Positions 7,348-15,959 of a stretch of DNA of 32,000 bases are shown here, in pieces. The stretch spans positions 1,890,001-1,922,000 of the forward strand of contig OW818675.1 of the NCBI GenBank assembly GCA_942493095.1. Direction: 5' to 3'. Each line of letters begins with the position of its first letter. Positions within the stretch are counted from its first letter, which is position 1. A program made the position numbers and the translations under genes. Below the pieces are notes generated by a model, which saw only the letters and a list, made by a program, of their open reading frames with translations, made no database searches and was not told where the DNA came from. This stretch comes from Candidatus Electronema halotolerans (GTDB lineage Bacteria > Desulfobacterota > Desulfobulbia > Desulfobulbales > Desulfobulbaceae).

Positions 7348-7848
7348 TCATCTTTGCTTTGAGCGAAGAATGACTGTCAATATACTTTTAGCCTCTTCGC
7401 TGTTAAGCAGCAGTTGTTGTATTTTAGCTTTTGTATAGCTTGTATCTTTCAGCAGACGGTCAAGAATGCCGACCTTGAAGATGGGCAGCAAGTCAGACGA
7501 GAAGAATGGAGGAATGACATTCGATTGACTGATTGGCTCAATAGCGGCCAGCTTTGTATTGTCATCGAAATGAAAATCAATAACAACGTTATTCTCCTCT
7601 CCAACATCGTTTTTCCAGTAAAAAGTATATCTCACTTTGAAACCTGAGTATGTATCATTTGCACTGTTAAATTCGCACCTGATGTACTCAGCAGTTGGAT
7701 AGGCGAAAAGCAAGATCATTTCCTCATTATACTCGATAAGAGACCTTGCTTTGTCTAAAGCAGATATCTTGGAAGCAAAAGCACTGGATGAGCACAACAT
7801 CATTGTGATGACAAGAGCCAACTGCATACTTTTTTTCAATGCAAACAT
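7348..7848 (-). CDS. Secreted hypothetical protein, 166 aa, AT-rich gene
   Basis: AGGAGGAG lies directly upstream of the ATG at 7848. The signal peptide is MFALKKSMQLALVITMMLCSSSAFA-SK. I recognise no family. A 60-nt line I counted at 7561-7620 was 35% GC. Confidence 0.65.
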   Translation of the reverse strand: MFALKKSMQLALVITMMLCSSSAFASKISALDKARSLIEYNEEMILLFAYPTAEYIRCEFNSANDTYSGFKVRYTFYWKNDVGEENNVVIDFHFDDNTKLAAIEPISQSNVIPPFFSSDLLPIFKVGILDRLLKDTSYTKAKIQQLLLNSEEAKSILTVILRSKQR

Positions 7849-8254
7849 TTTTCTCCTCCTTGACGTAATTTTTCTAATGGCCCAATATTGACTGGAGCAT
7901 TCTTCATCTTGTTGCTCTCACAACGTCATATTGATGACTCAGTTTTTTCCGGCACTCCTGAAGGTGGTCAAGGCGATTTCGGAGCCGAAACCGCCGCTTT
8001 TGACTCCGCTCAAGCAGCTCATTATCTTGCAATGCCTGTCAGGTCCATGTTGCAACAGGGGGGCAGCAACATCACAAAGAAGCGTCACCAATCCCAGCCC
8101 AACTTCTTGCCACCTGTTTATAATCAGATTTATCCTTTGAAGCAAGCAGGAATTAAGCCGTCAGCCAGAGCCTGGCAGCTTGGTCGGCCACAAATCGAAG
8201 CCGAATTATCGCCGCTGCGGCGGCTCTGTAGAGCATTGCGCAACGCCTGAGCAG

Positions 8255-8283
8255 TTGCCAAGCAAGGTGAAGTCACCTATAAT
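8255..8283 (+). promoter_or_regulatory. Candidate sigma70 promoter for galU-priA (TTGCCA-17-TATAAT)
   Basis: TTGCCA at 8255-8260, a 17-nt spacer, then TATAAT at 8278-8283. It lies 113 nt upstream of the galU ATG. Confidence 0.5.
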
Positions 8284-8395
8284 GCGACATGATTTTGCTC
8301 TGAGAACAAAATTTGCAAGACTGCCGTCCTCCGGCTCTCCTGTCGGCCCAACAACCTGAAGCTGCTTTTTCACATTCCGTCAAAAGAGAACGATT

Positions 8396-9289
8396 ATGCA
8401 ACAAATCCGCAAAGCTGTCATTCCTGTGGCCGGTCTCGGCACCCGCTTTCTGCCCGCGACCAAGGCCATTCCCAAAGAAATGCTGACCATCATTGACCGG
8501 CCCACGATTCAGTACATTGTTGAAGAGGTGGTGGCCTCCGGCATTGAAGAGGTCATTTTGATCACCTCTGACGGCAAGTCAGCGATTGAAAAGCATTTTG
8601 ACTACGACTACGAGCTGGACAATGTCCTGAAGGAAAAGAACAAGCACCAGCTGCGGGATGAGCTGGCTCATATTTCTGACCTCATTGATGTGGTCTCGGT
8701 GCGGCAGAAAAAGCCGCTCGGCTTGGGCCACGCTATATGGATGGCCCGCAAGGTGGTGGGCAACGAGCCGTTCTTAGTCCTGCTCGGCGATGACCTTGTC
8801 CGCAGCGAAACACCCTGCTGCCGCCAGATGCTCGACCTTTATGAACAAGTCGGCGAATCCATTGTCGCCATTCAGCGGGTGCCAATGGAGCAGACTTGCA
8901 ATTACGGCATTGTTGAAGGCGAGGAAACCGATCTTGACCGGGCCATTAAGATCAATCGGATGCTGGAGAAACCGTCTCCGGGCATGTCGGATTCTGACAA
9001 GGCCATCATAGGCCGTTATCTGCTGATGCCGGAAATTTTTGAGATTCTCAGCAGCACCAAGCCTGGGCACGGCGGCGAAATCCAGCTCACCGATGCCTTG
9101 CAGACCCTTGCCAACCAGCGGGGCATGTATGCCTACGAATTTGAAGGCCGACGCTACGATGCAGGCGACAAGCTCGGCTATCTGAAAGCCATTGTTGATG
9201 TGGCCATGCACCATCCCACCCTTGGCAAATCCTTCAGGGAGTATCTTCAGACTGTCTCTTCCTGCGAATGCCGCGCCATCCACTCTTGA
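8396..9289 (+). CDS. galU: UTP--glucose-1-phosphate uridylyltransferase
   Basis: The N-terminus KAVIPVAGLGTRFLPATKAIPKEMLTIIDRPTIQYIVEE is the GalU signature. At 297 aa the length is right, and further motifs (LGDD, VEKP-like MLEKP, GRY) are present. Confidence 0.92.
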   Translation: MQQIRKAVIPVAGLGTRFLPATKAIPKEMLTIIDRPTIQYIVEEVVASGIEEVILITSDGKSAIEKHFDYDYELDNVLKEKNKHQLRDELAHISDLIDVVSVRQKKPLGLGHAIWMARKVVGNEPFLVLLGDDLVRSETPCCRQMLDLYEQVGESIVAIQRVPMEQTCNYGIVEGEETDLDRAIKINRMLEKPSPGMSDSDKAIIGRYLLMPEIFEILSSTKPGHGGEIQLTDALQTLANQRGMYAYEFEGRRYDAGDKLGYLKAIVDVAMHHPTLGKSFREYLQTVSSCECRAIHS

Positions 9290-9307
9290 GCTGCTGCCGG
9301 AGCAGCC

Positions 9308-11515
9308 ATGAGGCTTTATGAAGTTGCGGTCGCCGCGCCGCTGCCCGGCCCGCTGACCTATTGCCATGCCGAGGCTTTGCCGGTCGGCATCCGGGTGCTG
9401 GCACCGCTCGGCAGCCGCCTTTTGTCCGGGGTGGTGCTGACGGAACTGTCTGAAACAGACGGACAGTTCCTTGGCGAGATCAAGCCAATAGCCAAAGTTC
9501 TTGATCAAGAACCGCTTTTCCCGCCCGCGTTGATTCCCTTTTTCCGCTGGATGGCGGAATATTATCATCATCCCATTGGCGAGGTGCTCCGCACTGCCCT
9601 GCCTGCCACAGCGGCCAAAGCGAAAACCGAGATCGCGGTCCGGCTTTGCTCCCCAAAATCAGAGCAGCCTGCGGCCAAGCTCAAGCCGTCTGAGCTGAAA
9701 ACCTTGGACCTCTTTTATCAGCATAGCGGCGGCAGCCCGGTTCTGCCGCGTCAGGTGCTGACTAAAATTTATAAAGGTGCTGGCCAAGCTCTGCGCGGCT
9801 TGGCTGAGGCAGGCTTGGTCAGCTTGGAGGAGCGGCAGGTCTTGCGTGATCCCTTTGGCGACACACTGCCCTTTTTCGCCCGCCCGGAAACGTTGACCGA
9901 GGAGCAGAAGACAGTTGTGGCTGAACTGTGCCGCGCAGTCGATGCAGACGTATTTCAGCCCTTTCTTCTCCACGGCGTGACAGGCAGCGGCAAGACCGAA
10001 GTCTATCTCCGGGCCACAGAACACTGTCTGGCCCAGAAAAAAAATGTCCTTGTCCTTGTGCCGGAATTAGCCTTGGCTTCCCAGCTTGAGGCTCATTTTT
10101 ACTCCCGTTTTGGCAGCAAATTGGCAGTGCTGCACAGCGGCCTTTCTGAGGGCGAGCGATTTGATCAGTGGCAGCGCGCTCTCCACGGCGCGGCAAGAAT
10201 TGTCGTCGGAGCGCGATCAGCGATTTTTGCCCCCTTTGCCGAGCTGGGCCTGCTGATTGTCGATGAGGAGCATGAACCGGCCTACAAGCAGGACGAACAC
10301 CTGCGCTACAATGGCCGCGACATGGCTGTGCTGCGGGCGCGTTTTGCCGCCTGCCCAGTGCTGCTCGGCTCGGCCACGCCCAGCCTGACCAGCTTTTATC
10401 ATGCCCAGCAGGGCCGGTACAAGCTGCTGACCATGAGCAAGCGGATTGACGGCCAGCTCCTGCCCAAGGTGGAGATTGTTGATCTGAGCAAGGAAAAGCG
10501 GCCTAAGCCGGACTGGTTCTTTTCCGAGCGGCTGACCGCAGCTCTGCGCGACAACTTGGCCCAAGGGCTGCAAAGCCTGCTCTTTGTCAACCGGCGCGGC
10601 TATGCCTCATTCATGCTCTGCCGCGACTGCAAGGCCGTGGTGCGTTGCCGCAATTGCCGCGTCTCCCTGACCTTGCACCGAGGTAGCGGCAGGTTGATCT
10701 GTCATTACTGCGGCTACTCGCTCAAGCCAGTGGCCGCCTGCCCGGAATGCGGTTCCAGCGCAGTGGCTGGGCTGGGGCTTGGCTCGGAACGGGTGGAGGC
10801 GGAAGTGCGGCGGCTTTTTCCTGAAGCGCGAGTGGCCCGTTTAGACAGCGACACAGCTGGCAGCCGCAAGGACTATCTGGCCCTGCTTCAGCAGGTGCGT
10901 GAGCAGCAGATTGATATTCTGGTAGGAACGCAAATGGTGGCCAAGGGGCTGCATTTTCCCAAGATGACCTTGGTCGGCGTGGTCTGGGCGGACAGCGGCC
11001 TTGCCCTGCCTGACTGCAAGGCTGCGGAACGCTCCTTCCAGCTGCTGGCTCAGGTGACAGGCCGGGCGGGCCGGGGCGAGCATCCGGGCCGGGTGATCAT
11101 CCAGACCCATCAGCCCCAGCATTATGTGGTGGAAGCGGCCCGCGACCATGCTTACGAGAGAATGTGCGGCTTGGAGCTGGAGCTGCGGCAGGTGCTTGGC
11201 TATCCGCCTTTTGGCCGCCTGATCAACATTCGCTTCAGCAGCCAGAATGAAGCGCAGGTGGAGCGGACAGCGCAGGCGGCGGCCGAGCTGCTGCAAGCTG
11301 CCTTGGAGGCGAACAAGCTGGAAGTGGAAATTCTCGGCCCGGCCCCGGCTCCGCTTTCCCTGATCAGAAATCGGTTCCGCTGGCAGCTCTTGCTCAAAGG
11401 CGGGCGGCCAGAACAGCTTCATCAGCTTTGTGAGGTGCTGCTGCAAGAGAAAAAGCGGCTCTGCGGCACAACGGTACGGCTGGGAATTGATGTTGACCCG
11501 GAAAATATGATGTGA
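9308..11515 (+). CDS. priA: Primosomal protein N' (replication restart helicase PriA)
   Basis: Contains Walker A (GVTGSGKTEVY), the DEEH box and a Cys-rich zinc module (CRDCKAVVRCRNCRVSLTLH...CHYCGY...CPECGS). The C-terminal RFRWQLLLK...DVDP is also present. Length is 735 aa. Confidence 0.92.
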   Translation: MRLYEVAVAAPLPGPLTYCHAEALPVGIRVLAPLGSRLLSGVVLTELSETDGQFLGEIKPIAKVLDQEPLFPPALIPFFRWMAEYYHHPIGEVLRTALPATAAKAKTEIAVRLCSPKSEQPAAKLKPSELKTLDLFYQHSGGSPVLPRQVLTKIYKGAGQALRGLAEAGLVSLEERQVLRDPFGDTLPFFARPETLTEEQKTVVAELCRAVDADVFQPFLLHGVTGSGKTEVYLRATEHCLAQKKNVLVLVPELALASQLEAHFYSRFGSKLAVLHSGLSEGERFDQWQRALHGAARIVVGARSAIFAPFAELGLLIVDEEHEPAYKQDEHLRYNGRDMAVLRARFAACPVLLGSATPSLTSFYHAQQGRYKLLTMSKRIDGQLLPKVEIVDLSKEKRPKPDWFFSERLTAALRDNLAQGLQSLLFVNRRGYASFMLCRDCKAVVRCRNCRVSLTLHRGSGRLICHYCGYSLKPVAACPECGSSAVAGLGLGSERVEAEVRRLFPEARVARLDSDTAGSRKDYLALLQQVREQQIDILVGTQMVAKGLHFPKMTLVGVVWADSGLALPDCKAAERSFQLLAQVTGRAGRGEHPGRVIIQTHQPQHYVVEAARDHAYERMCGLELELRQVLGYPPFGRLINIRFSSQNEAQVERTAQAAAELLQAALEANKLEVEILGPAPAPLSLIRNRFRWQLLLKGGRPEQLHQLCEVLLQEKKRLCGTTVRLGIDVDPENMM

Positions 11516-11521
11516 GCAAAG

Positions 11522-11552
11522 CGAGGGCAGATACGCAGCGTACCTGCCCTCG
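11522..11552. terminator. Hairpin between convergent priA and the 497-aa gene
   Basis: CGAGGGCAG, a 13-nt loop, then CTGCCCTCG (9-bp stem). It is placed between the two stop codons at 11515 and 11579. Neither side has a strong T-run. Confidence 0.35.
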
Positions 11553-11578
11553 GTGAAAGTTGAAAGAGGGGTGAGAGA

Positions 11579-13072
11579 TTACTTCTCCGGTGTTACGCTG
11601 GCTGCGACCGCTTCAGCCATTTTTGCCCGCATTTCCTCAGCAGGGGGCATTTCCTTTTCCTTGCCCATATCAACCAGACTCATTGCCAGCGCGCCGATTG
11701 CCGCATTTTCATCCCCGGCTTTCCGCGATGATTTGTCTCTGCCGCCCATTGCCATAACATCTTCCATCAGCTCGTTGACTTGGAATGGCATCAGTCTGGA
11801 TTTCAGCACATTTATGATCTGGCTGCCGACCTCAGCGGCAACTCCTGCGCTGCGGTTTTCCGGTGCGGGGATGTTCAGTTCCTCAATCAGCGGAAAAGAC
11901 ATCATCGCTTCGGCAATGCGACCGATTGAAGCGCAGTTACGGCGATCTTGCGGCATCAGCCATTCAGCGAGGTTGCGCCAGTGCTGGCGGAGACGCATCA
12001 TCACCGGTGAATCATCAGCACCATTTCCTCTCAATCCATATCTTGGAGCACCATCACCATCTGGTCGCGGGCGGGCACCTGTTCCGTCAATATTGATGTC
12101 AAGAAAATGGTGCCAAGTCGCATCTGTCACCACTCTGCCAACTCCGGCCCGATGGCCATCATAAGCGGCAATAGCAATAAATTCTCGTGGAATCGGAGTA
12201 GCTTTGGGTATGTCATTAGGATTTCCAGGAACTTCCCCAGGGGCCAAGGGAAAGAAAAGAGGCCCTCCCTCAGACATGGATTTGGCAACAATCTCTGGTG
12301 AAACTGGGGTATTACCACTAATCTCGGGTGGCCATTCTCGTTTTTCCTCTCCGTCAAGATCGAAGAAGGTTTCCAGATTTTCTGGAATTATACACTCTCC
12401 TTCATGCGGATGATCTGGAATATGTACTATTGCCCGGCCATCTTGAGCTTGCATTAACGGATGAGGATTTCCTGCCCCCCCAGCTACAGTATCTCTATTC
12501 AGAAAGAGTCGCTGTGGATGAATATCTGATTCATCTGCAAATTCATACATTACATCGTCACCAGACAGCATAGTGGAAAGGCGATCAGGGCCACTTTGAC
12601 TTGGCACACCTTGGTCGAATGTCCACTTTCGCATACTGCGCACTCGTGGAATATCTTTGGCTGTTCGCGCTCCAAGGTCTTCATGGTCTCCTGTGGCAAA
12701 CACTCCGCCTCCTTCTTCCATGAATTTTTTGATTGCTGTAAGTTCACTGTCTTCAAGGATAGGTACGCCAAATCTCCCACGTGCCTCATCATCAAATGTA
12801 AAAATAAAGCAGACATCGTATCTTGATCTGCTTAACCCATTGCTTACATCATCGAATTTGAAATCCAGCAAGGTTCCAGCAGGTTCGTTATTTGGCCCCA
12901 GAATATTTGCTCGTGTCACCTCCATGCCTGCGCCCAAGAGTGTATCGACAAACTGTGAAAGAGAAAAGCCTTGAAATACTGCATTCTCTTTACTAAACCA
13001 CATATCCGTAACCACAAGCACACGCGGTGTGCAGCCATCGGCAAAAGCATTGATAATGTCTGGGTTAATCAT
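11579..13072 (-). CDS. Hypothetical 497-aa protein with N-terminal ThuA / class I glutamine-amidotransferase-like fold features (cassette gene 5)
   Basis: Lies in ORF 11579..13099. The ATG at 13072 has GGAGA 7 nt upstream. RVLVVTD...YDVCFIFTFDD...LTAIKKFMEEGGGVFATGDHEDLG has the layout of ThuA/DUF4159-type GATase1-like domains, but there is no nucleophile Cys at the elbow. There is no signal peptide. The C-terminal roughly 170 aa are encoded by higher-GC DNA. Confidence 0.6.
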   Translation of the reverse strand: MINPDIINAFADGCTPRVLVVTDMWFSKENAVFQGFSLSQFVDTLLGAGMEVTRANILGPNNEPAGTLLDFKFDDVSNGLSRSRYDVCFIFTFDDEARGRFGVPILEDSELTAIKKFMEEGGGVFATGDHEDLGARTAKDIPRVRSMRKWTFDQGVPSQSGPDRLSTMLSGDDVMYEFADESDIHPQRLFLNRDTVAGGAGNPHPLMQAQDGRAIVHIPDHPHEGECIIPENLETFFDLDGEEKREWPPEISGNTPVSPEIVAKSMSEGGPLFFPLAPGEVPGNPNDIPKATPIPREFIAIAAYDGHRAGVGRVVTDATWHHFLDINIDGTGARPRPDGDGAPRYGLRGNGADDSPVMMRLRQHWRNLAEWLMPQDRRNCASIGRIAEAMMSFPLIEELNIPAPENRSAGVAAEVGSQIINVLKSRLMPFQVNELMEDVMAMGGRDKSSRKAGDENAAIGALAMSLVDMGKEKEMPPAEEMRAKMAEAVAASVTPEK

Positions 13073-13204
13073 GGTGCTATCTCCTTTTTTTAACAGCATT
13101 GGATAGTTCGGCGTTATTTTTCCGTAACGCCGTGTTTAAAGAAGCTGGACAACCTTTGCCCGGCTTTTTCTTCTGATCATGCAACGTGGTTCAGCAACCT
13201 GTTG

Positions 13205-13630
13205 CTAACCAAACCAGATACTTACAATGACTCTTTGGTCATCTGTTATGATGTTCACTCTATTGGGTATGCTGTCCGCAGTAATAGGATCGCCGGTTTT
13301 ATAGACTCGCAAAGGTCGGCCAACCAACTCCTGTATCTGCACAGGCTGAGTATTCGGAATACTCTCTCCGTCACAGGGTTCAAAGCCTTGCCTGCCTCTG
13401 ATGCCGTCATTCAAAAAATGCCACCCATCTTCAGTGATTTCATAAGCATTCATATTGCCAGTCGGCGCGCCGCAGACAGCAGCCACGATATGTGACTGCT
13501 TTTCCATTTGTATGATGTTGCTGTCACCAATCAATTCAGCAAGCTCACGCCGCATTTCCTCCAAGGTGATTTCCCGTGCGGCCTCGCATTGAATCGTTCC
13601 GTCCTGCTTGCATACCCAAATATTGTTCAT
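13205..13630 (-). CDS. Small 141-aa protein with C-terminal peptidase-inhibitor I78/I13-like motif (cassette gene 4)
   Basis: GGAGGA lies 8 nt upstream of the ATG. The C-terminus ELVGRPLRVYKTGDPITADSIPNRVNIITDDQRVIVSIWFG fits the pattern lvG...Rv..pG..vT.D....RvNi..D....I..i..G. I do not recognise the N-terminal half. Confidence 0.6.
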   Translation of the reverse strand: MNNIWVCKQDGTIQCEAAREITLEEMRRELAELIGDSNIIQMEKQSHIVAAVCGAPTGNMNAYEITEDGWHFLNDGIRGRQGFEPCDGESIPNTQPVQIQELVGRPLRVYKTGDPITADSIPNRVNIITDDQRVIVSIWFG

Positions 13631-13653
13631 AGAGTTATTCCTCCTTGTTTTTC

Positions 13654-13691
13654 AAAAAAAGCTCTCCTGCGATCAGATGTTGCAGGAGAGC
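13654..13691 (-). terminator. Rho-independent terminator inside the cassette (after gene 3)
   Basis: On the minus strand: GCTCTCCTGC-AACATCTGATC-GCAGGAGAGC (10-bp stem, 13691..13661) followed at once by TTTTTTT (13660..13654). It starts 25 nt after the stop at 13717 and ends about 24 nt before the next ATG at 13630. Confidence 0.7.
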
Positions 13692-13716
13692 GGAGAGATA
13701 TAGTCAGGTTATTGCA

Positions 13717-14736
13717 TCAAACCTTCTCAAGTGTGTTGATGCTGATATGCGGCCAGCGGACAAGCCCTGGATGGCCGTCTTCACGCGGCATGAAGTCAAG
13801 GATGACAATCTGCAAGTATTGCAGGATCATTTTGTCAACTCCATGATCATCAATCCGCATGATCCAGAAGGTTGATTTCATCGAAGCGGCATTGGCCTGT
13901 TTGACGATAAAGGGGATATTGTTGATTCCTCCTGTCTCCACTGTGCTGTCCACTTTCAGAACGGCTGTTGTTTCGAGAATATTGATGCCAGCTACATCCC
14001 ACTGATCCCTTACTTTTTGCAGGAGCCTTTGCGGGTTGATCGGATCAAATCCATGAAAATGGCAGTCCGCAAAGTGTTTGTACGGTGCCAAGTAAGGATC
14101 ATTCAGGTCACGGGTATCTCCAACAGGCAGCCCACTCTTTAACAGCTTCGGTATTTCAACATCATCAGGAACGAACCCGCTTCTTCCCAAAGCCAGCACA
14201 GCATCCCCATGAGGAATTGTGGCCAGCCGGGCGAGGTCGATTTCGTTTAACCTTTCATCAACCATGTGCAGCCAGAGTCCCGGTTCACGATGAATGACCT
14301 TGCCATCAAAATCACCTGCATTTTCATCTTTTGGGAAATCTTCAGCAGAAATCTGGGTTATCATCTGCTGATAGTCAAGGGCAACCACCCTCTGGTCAAA
14401 ATCTGGGCCTGCTGCTGCGATGCCGATGTTGTCCAGATGTTTTCCTCGATTTGGCACCCCCTTGTCCACCAAATCAAATTTAAGCTCTTCGTTATACTGA
14501 TTCACAAGCAGCCGATAGTCAATCTGCTCTCCATCTGACATTTCAATCTGCTTTCCATCTGACATTGCATCTTGAAAAGGGAGAGCAATCATATTGAACC
14601 CTTGTCCTTCAAAGTTTGGTGTGTTGCACCAAACACCAGGCAAGTCTTTCAACGGGCCGAGATCAGAATCACCTGATACAGCTCTGGAAAGAGTTCTGCC
14701 GTTCGCTTTCAGCGTGTGAAACAATTCATTAGCCAT
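13717..14736 (-). CDS. Nitrobindin/lipocalin-like beta-barrel protein, 339 aa (cassette gene 3, paralog of gene 2)
   Basis: LGPLKDLPGVWCN...GFNMIALPF...YRLLVNQYNEELKF...HREPGLWLHM...ATIPHGDAVLALG follows the nitrobindin/THAP4-type heme-binding barrel pattern (L..L.G.W.G.G ... Y.E...F ... H.E.G). The C-terminal block FIVKQANAASMKSTFWI...RWPHISINTLEKV is shared with the paralog. No signal peptide. Confidence 0.6.
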   Translation of the reverse strand: MANELFHTLKANGRTLSRAVSGDSDLGPLKDLPGVWCNTPNFEGQGFNMIALPFQDAMSDGKQIEMSDGEQIDYRLLVNQYNEELKFDLVDKGVPNRGKHLDNIGIAAAGPDFDQRVVALDYQQMITQISAEDFPKDENAGDFDGKVIHREPGLWLHMVDERLNEIDLARLATIPHGDAVLALGRSGFVPDDVEIPKLLKSGLPVGDTRDLNDPYLAPYKHFADCHFHGFDPINPQRLLQKVRDQWDVAGINILETTAVLKVDSTVETGGINNIPFIVKQANAASMKSTFWIMRIDDHGVDKMILQYLQIVILDFMPREDGHPGLVRWPHISINTLEKV

Positions 14737-14814
14737 TGTTCATTTCCTTTTTTCAGGTTATTATGAATGAATTTAAAGCAATAGAATGAGAGTGGTTGCG
14801 ATAAAACAAGTCAA

Positions 14815-14839
14815 CATGAGCGCAATTTCTGCGCTCATG
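14815..14839 (-). terminator. Hairpin after cassette gene 2 (9-bp stem)
   Basis: CATGAGCGC-AATTTCT-GCGCTCATG. On the minus strand it is followed by TTGACTTGTTTTAT, which is T-rich but interrupted. Confidence 0.4.
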
Positions 14840-14862
14840 ATTTGCAAGGGAACCCGTAGAGA

Positions 14863-15861
14863 TCAGCTATCGACCTTCTCCAGCGTATTGATGCTCACAT
14901 GCGGCCAGCGGATAATGCCAGGCAGTCCGTCCTCACGGGCAAGGAAGTCAAGCAGGACAACTTGCGCATATTGCAGACGGAATCTGATTGAACCATCTGT
15001 CTCTTGAATTTCCTGAATCCAAAAGGTTGACTTCATCGAAGCAGCATTTGCCTGCTTCACAATAAAGGGAAGATTGACAATGCCTCCGGTTTCCGCAGTG
15101 CTGTCAACCTCCAGCACGGTTGTCCTGATAATATTTACATCTTTATTTGCTTCCTTCAGCAGCTTATGCGGATTGACCGGATCGAAACGTCCCTGAAATG
15201 GATTCTCGTGAAAATGCCTGTATGGCTCCATGTAGGAATCAGTGAGCGGCATCGGATATCCGATCGGCAGGCCATTAATCGCCTCGATCCTCGGCGGGCC
15301 GCTATGCACAGCACTTTTTCCCACAGCCAGCACAGAATCACCGTGGGGAATAGTGGCCAGTCTGGCAATATCGAAACTGTTTGTCCGTTCGTTCAACATA
15401 TGCAGCAAAAGTCCTGGCTCATGATGAATCGCAAGGCCGGGGCCGCCTGCCTTTCCGCTCTGTGGAAAATCATCTGCCGCAATTTGATGGATGACCTGCT
15501 CATAATCAATCGTCACAACAAATTGATCTGAATCCTCGAACGTATCTTCATGATGCGGGAATATCTGCGGATCAGGCACATTCTGCTGTGTCCGCTTTAT
15601 GCCCCGGTTAGGCACTCCTTTGTCCACCAAGGTGAACTTCAGCGTTTCGTTGTACCGATTTATCAGCAGCCGATAGTTCAGTCGTGCAAAGGCGAACGGG
15701 AGGGCGATCATGTTCCAGCCGTGTCCTTCAAGATTCGGCTCGTTTTTCCATGTGCCGGGCAGATGTTGCAACGGACCAAGAAGTTCCTGATCTCCTGCTG
15801 TTGCGGTGCTGATTTTCCGTCCTTCAGTCTGAATTCTTGCAAGTTGCTCTTGGATTGACAT
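14863..15861 (-). CDS. Nitrobindin/lipocalin-like beta-barrel protein, 332 aa (cassette gene 2)
   Basis: AGGAGG lies 5 nt upstream of the ATG. LGPLQHLPGTWKN...GWNMIALPF...YRLLINRYNETLKF...HHEPGLLLHM...ATIPHGDSVLAVG. By eye it is roughly half identical to the 339-aa paralog. No signal peptide. Confidence 0.6.
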   Translation of the reverse strand: MSIQEQLARIQTEGRKISTATAGDQELLGPLQHLPGTWKNEPNLEGHGWNMIALPFAFARLNYRLLINRYNETLKFTLVDKGVPNRGIKRTQQNVPDPQIFPHHEDTFEDSDQFVVTIDYEQVIHQIAADDFPQSGKAGGPGLAIHHEPGLLLHMLNERTNSFDIARLATIPHGDSVLAVGKSAVHSGPPRIEAINGLPIGYPMPLTDSYMEPYRHFHENPFQGRFDPVNPHKLLKEANKDVNIIRTTVLEVDSTAETGGIVNLPFIVKQANAASMKSTFWIQEIQETDGSIRFRLQYAQVVLLDFLAREDGLPGIIRWPHVSINTLEKVDS

Positions 15862-15959
15862 CTATTCCTCCTTTGGAAATGTTTAAGACAGCTCGCTTGC
15901 GAGCAGATTGGAAAATTTCCTTGATCAAGCGGTGAGCGATCAAGGAGAGAGAAATCCAT

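Noticed and set aside
7888-8250. 120-aa plus-strand ORF in the gap before galU
   Set aside because: It has a TTG start and no SD, I recognise no motifs, and it overlaps equally weak ORFs in other frames. I treat the region as non-coding or decayed pending a homology search.
8251-8265. 15-nt exact match (GCAGTTGCCAAGCAA) to unit 6 of the 23-bp array (1814-1828)
   Set aside because: About one chance 15-mer match is expected within 32 kb when both strands are compared. Here the match coincides with the -35 of the galU promoter and is not repeated locally. I noted it, but I do not claim it as a further operator.
8774-9571. 265-aa minus-strand ORF
   Set aside because: It is antisense to the galU-priA junction, and both plus-strand genes have diagnostic motifs.
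11553-12164. 203-aa plus-strand ORF
   Set aside because: It is antisense to the 3' part of the 497-aa cassette gene. It has Ser/Ala/Ile-rich shadow composition and begins inside the inter-gene hairpin.
13097-13099. Longer upstream starts: 13099 for the 497-aa gene, 1670 for the HU-like gene, 7343 for the CGGC gene, 24076 for GT2, 28813 for GT4, 1928 for the Cys-rich gene
   Set aside because: In each case an internal ATG has a proper SD, or begins the recognisable domain or signal peptide. The longer start lacks an SD, is a non-ATG codon, or overlaps a promoter or the upstream gene.
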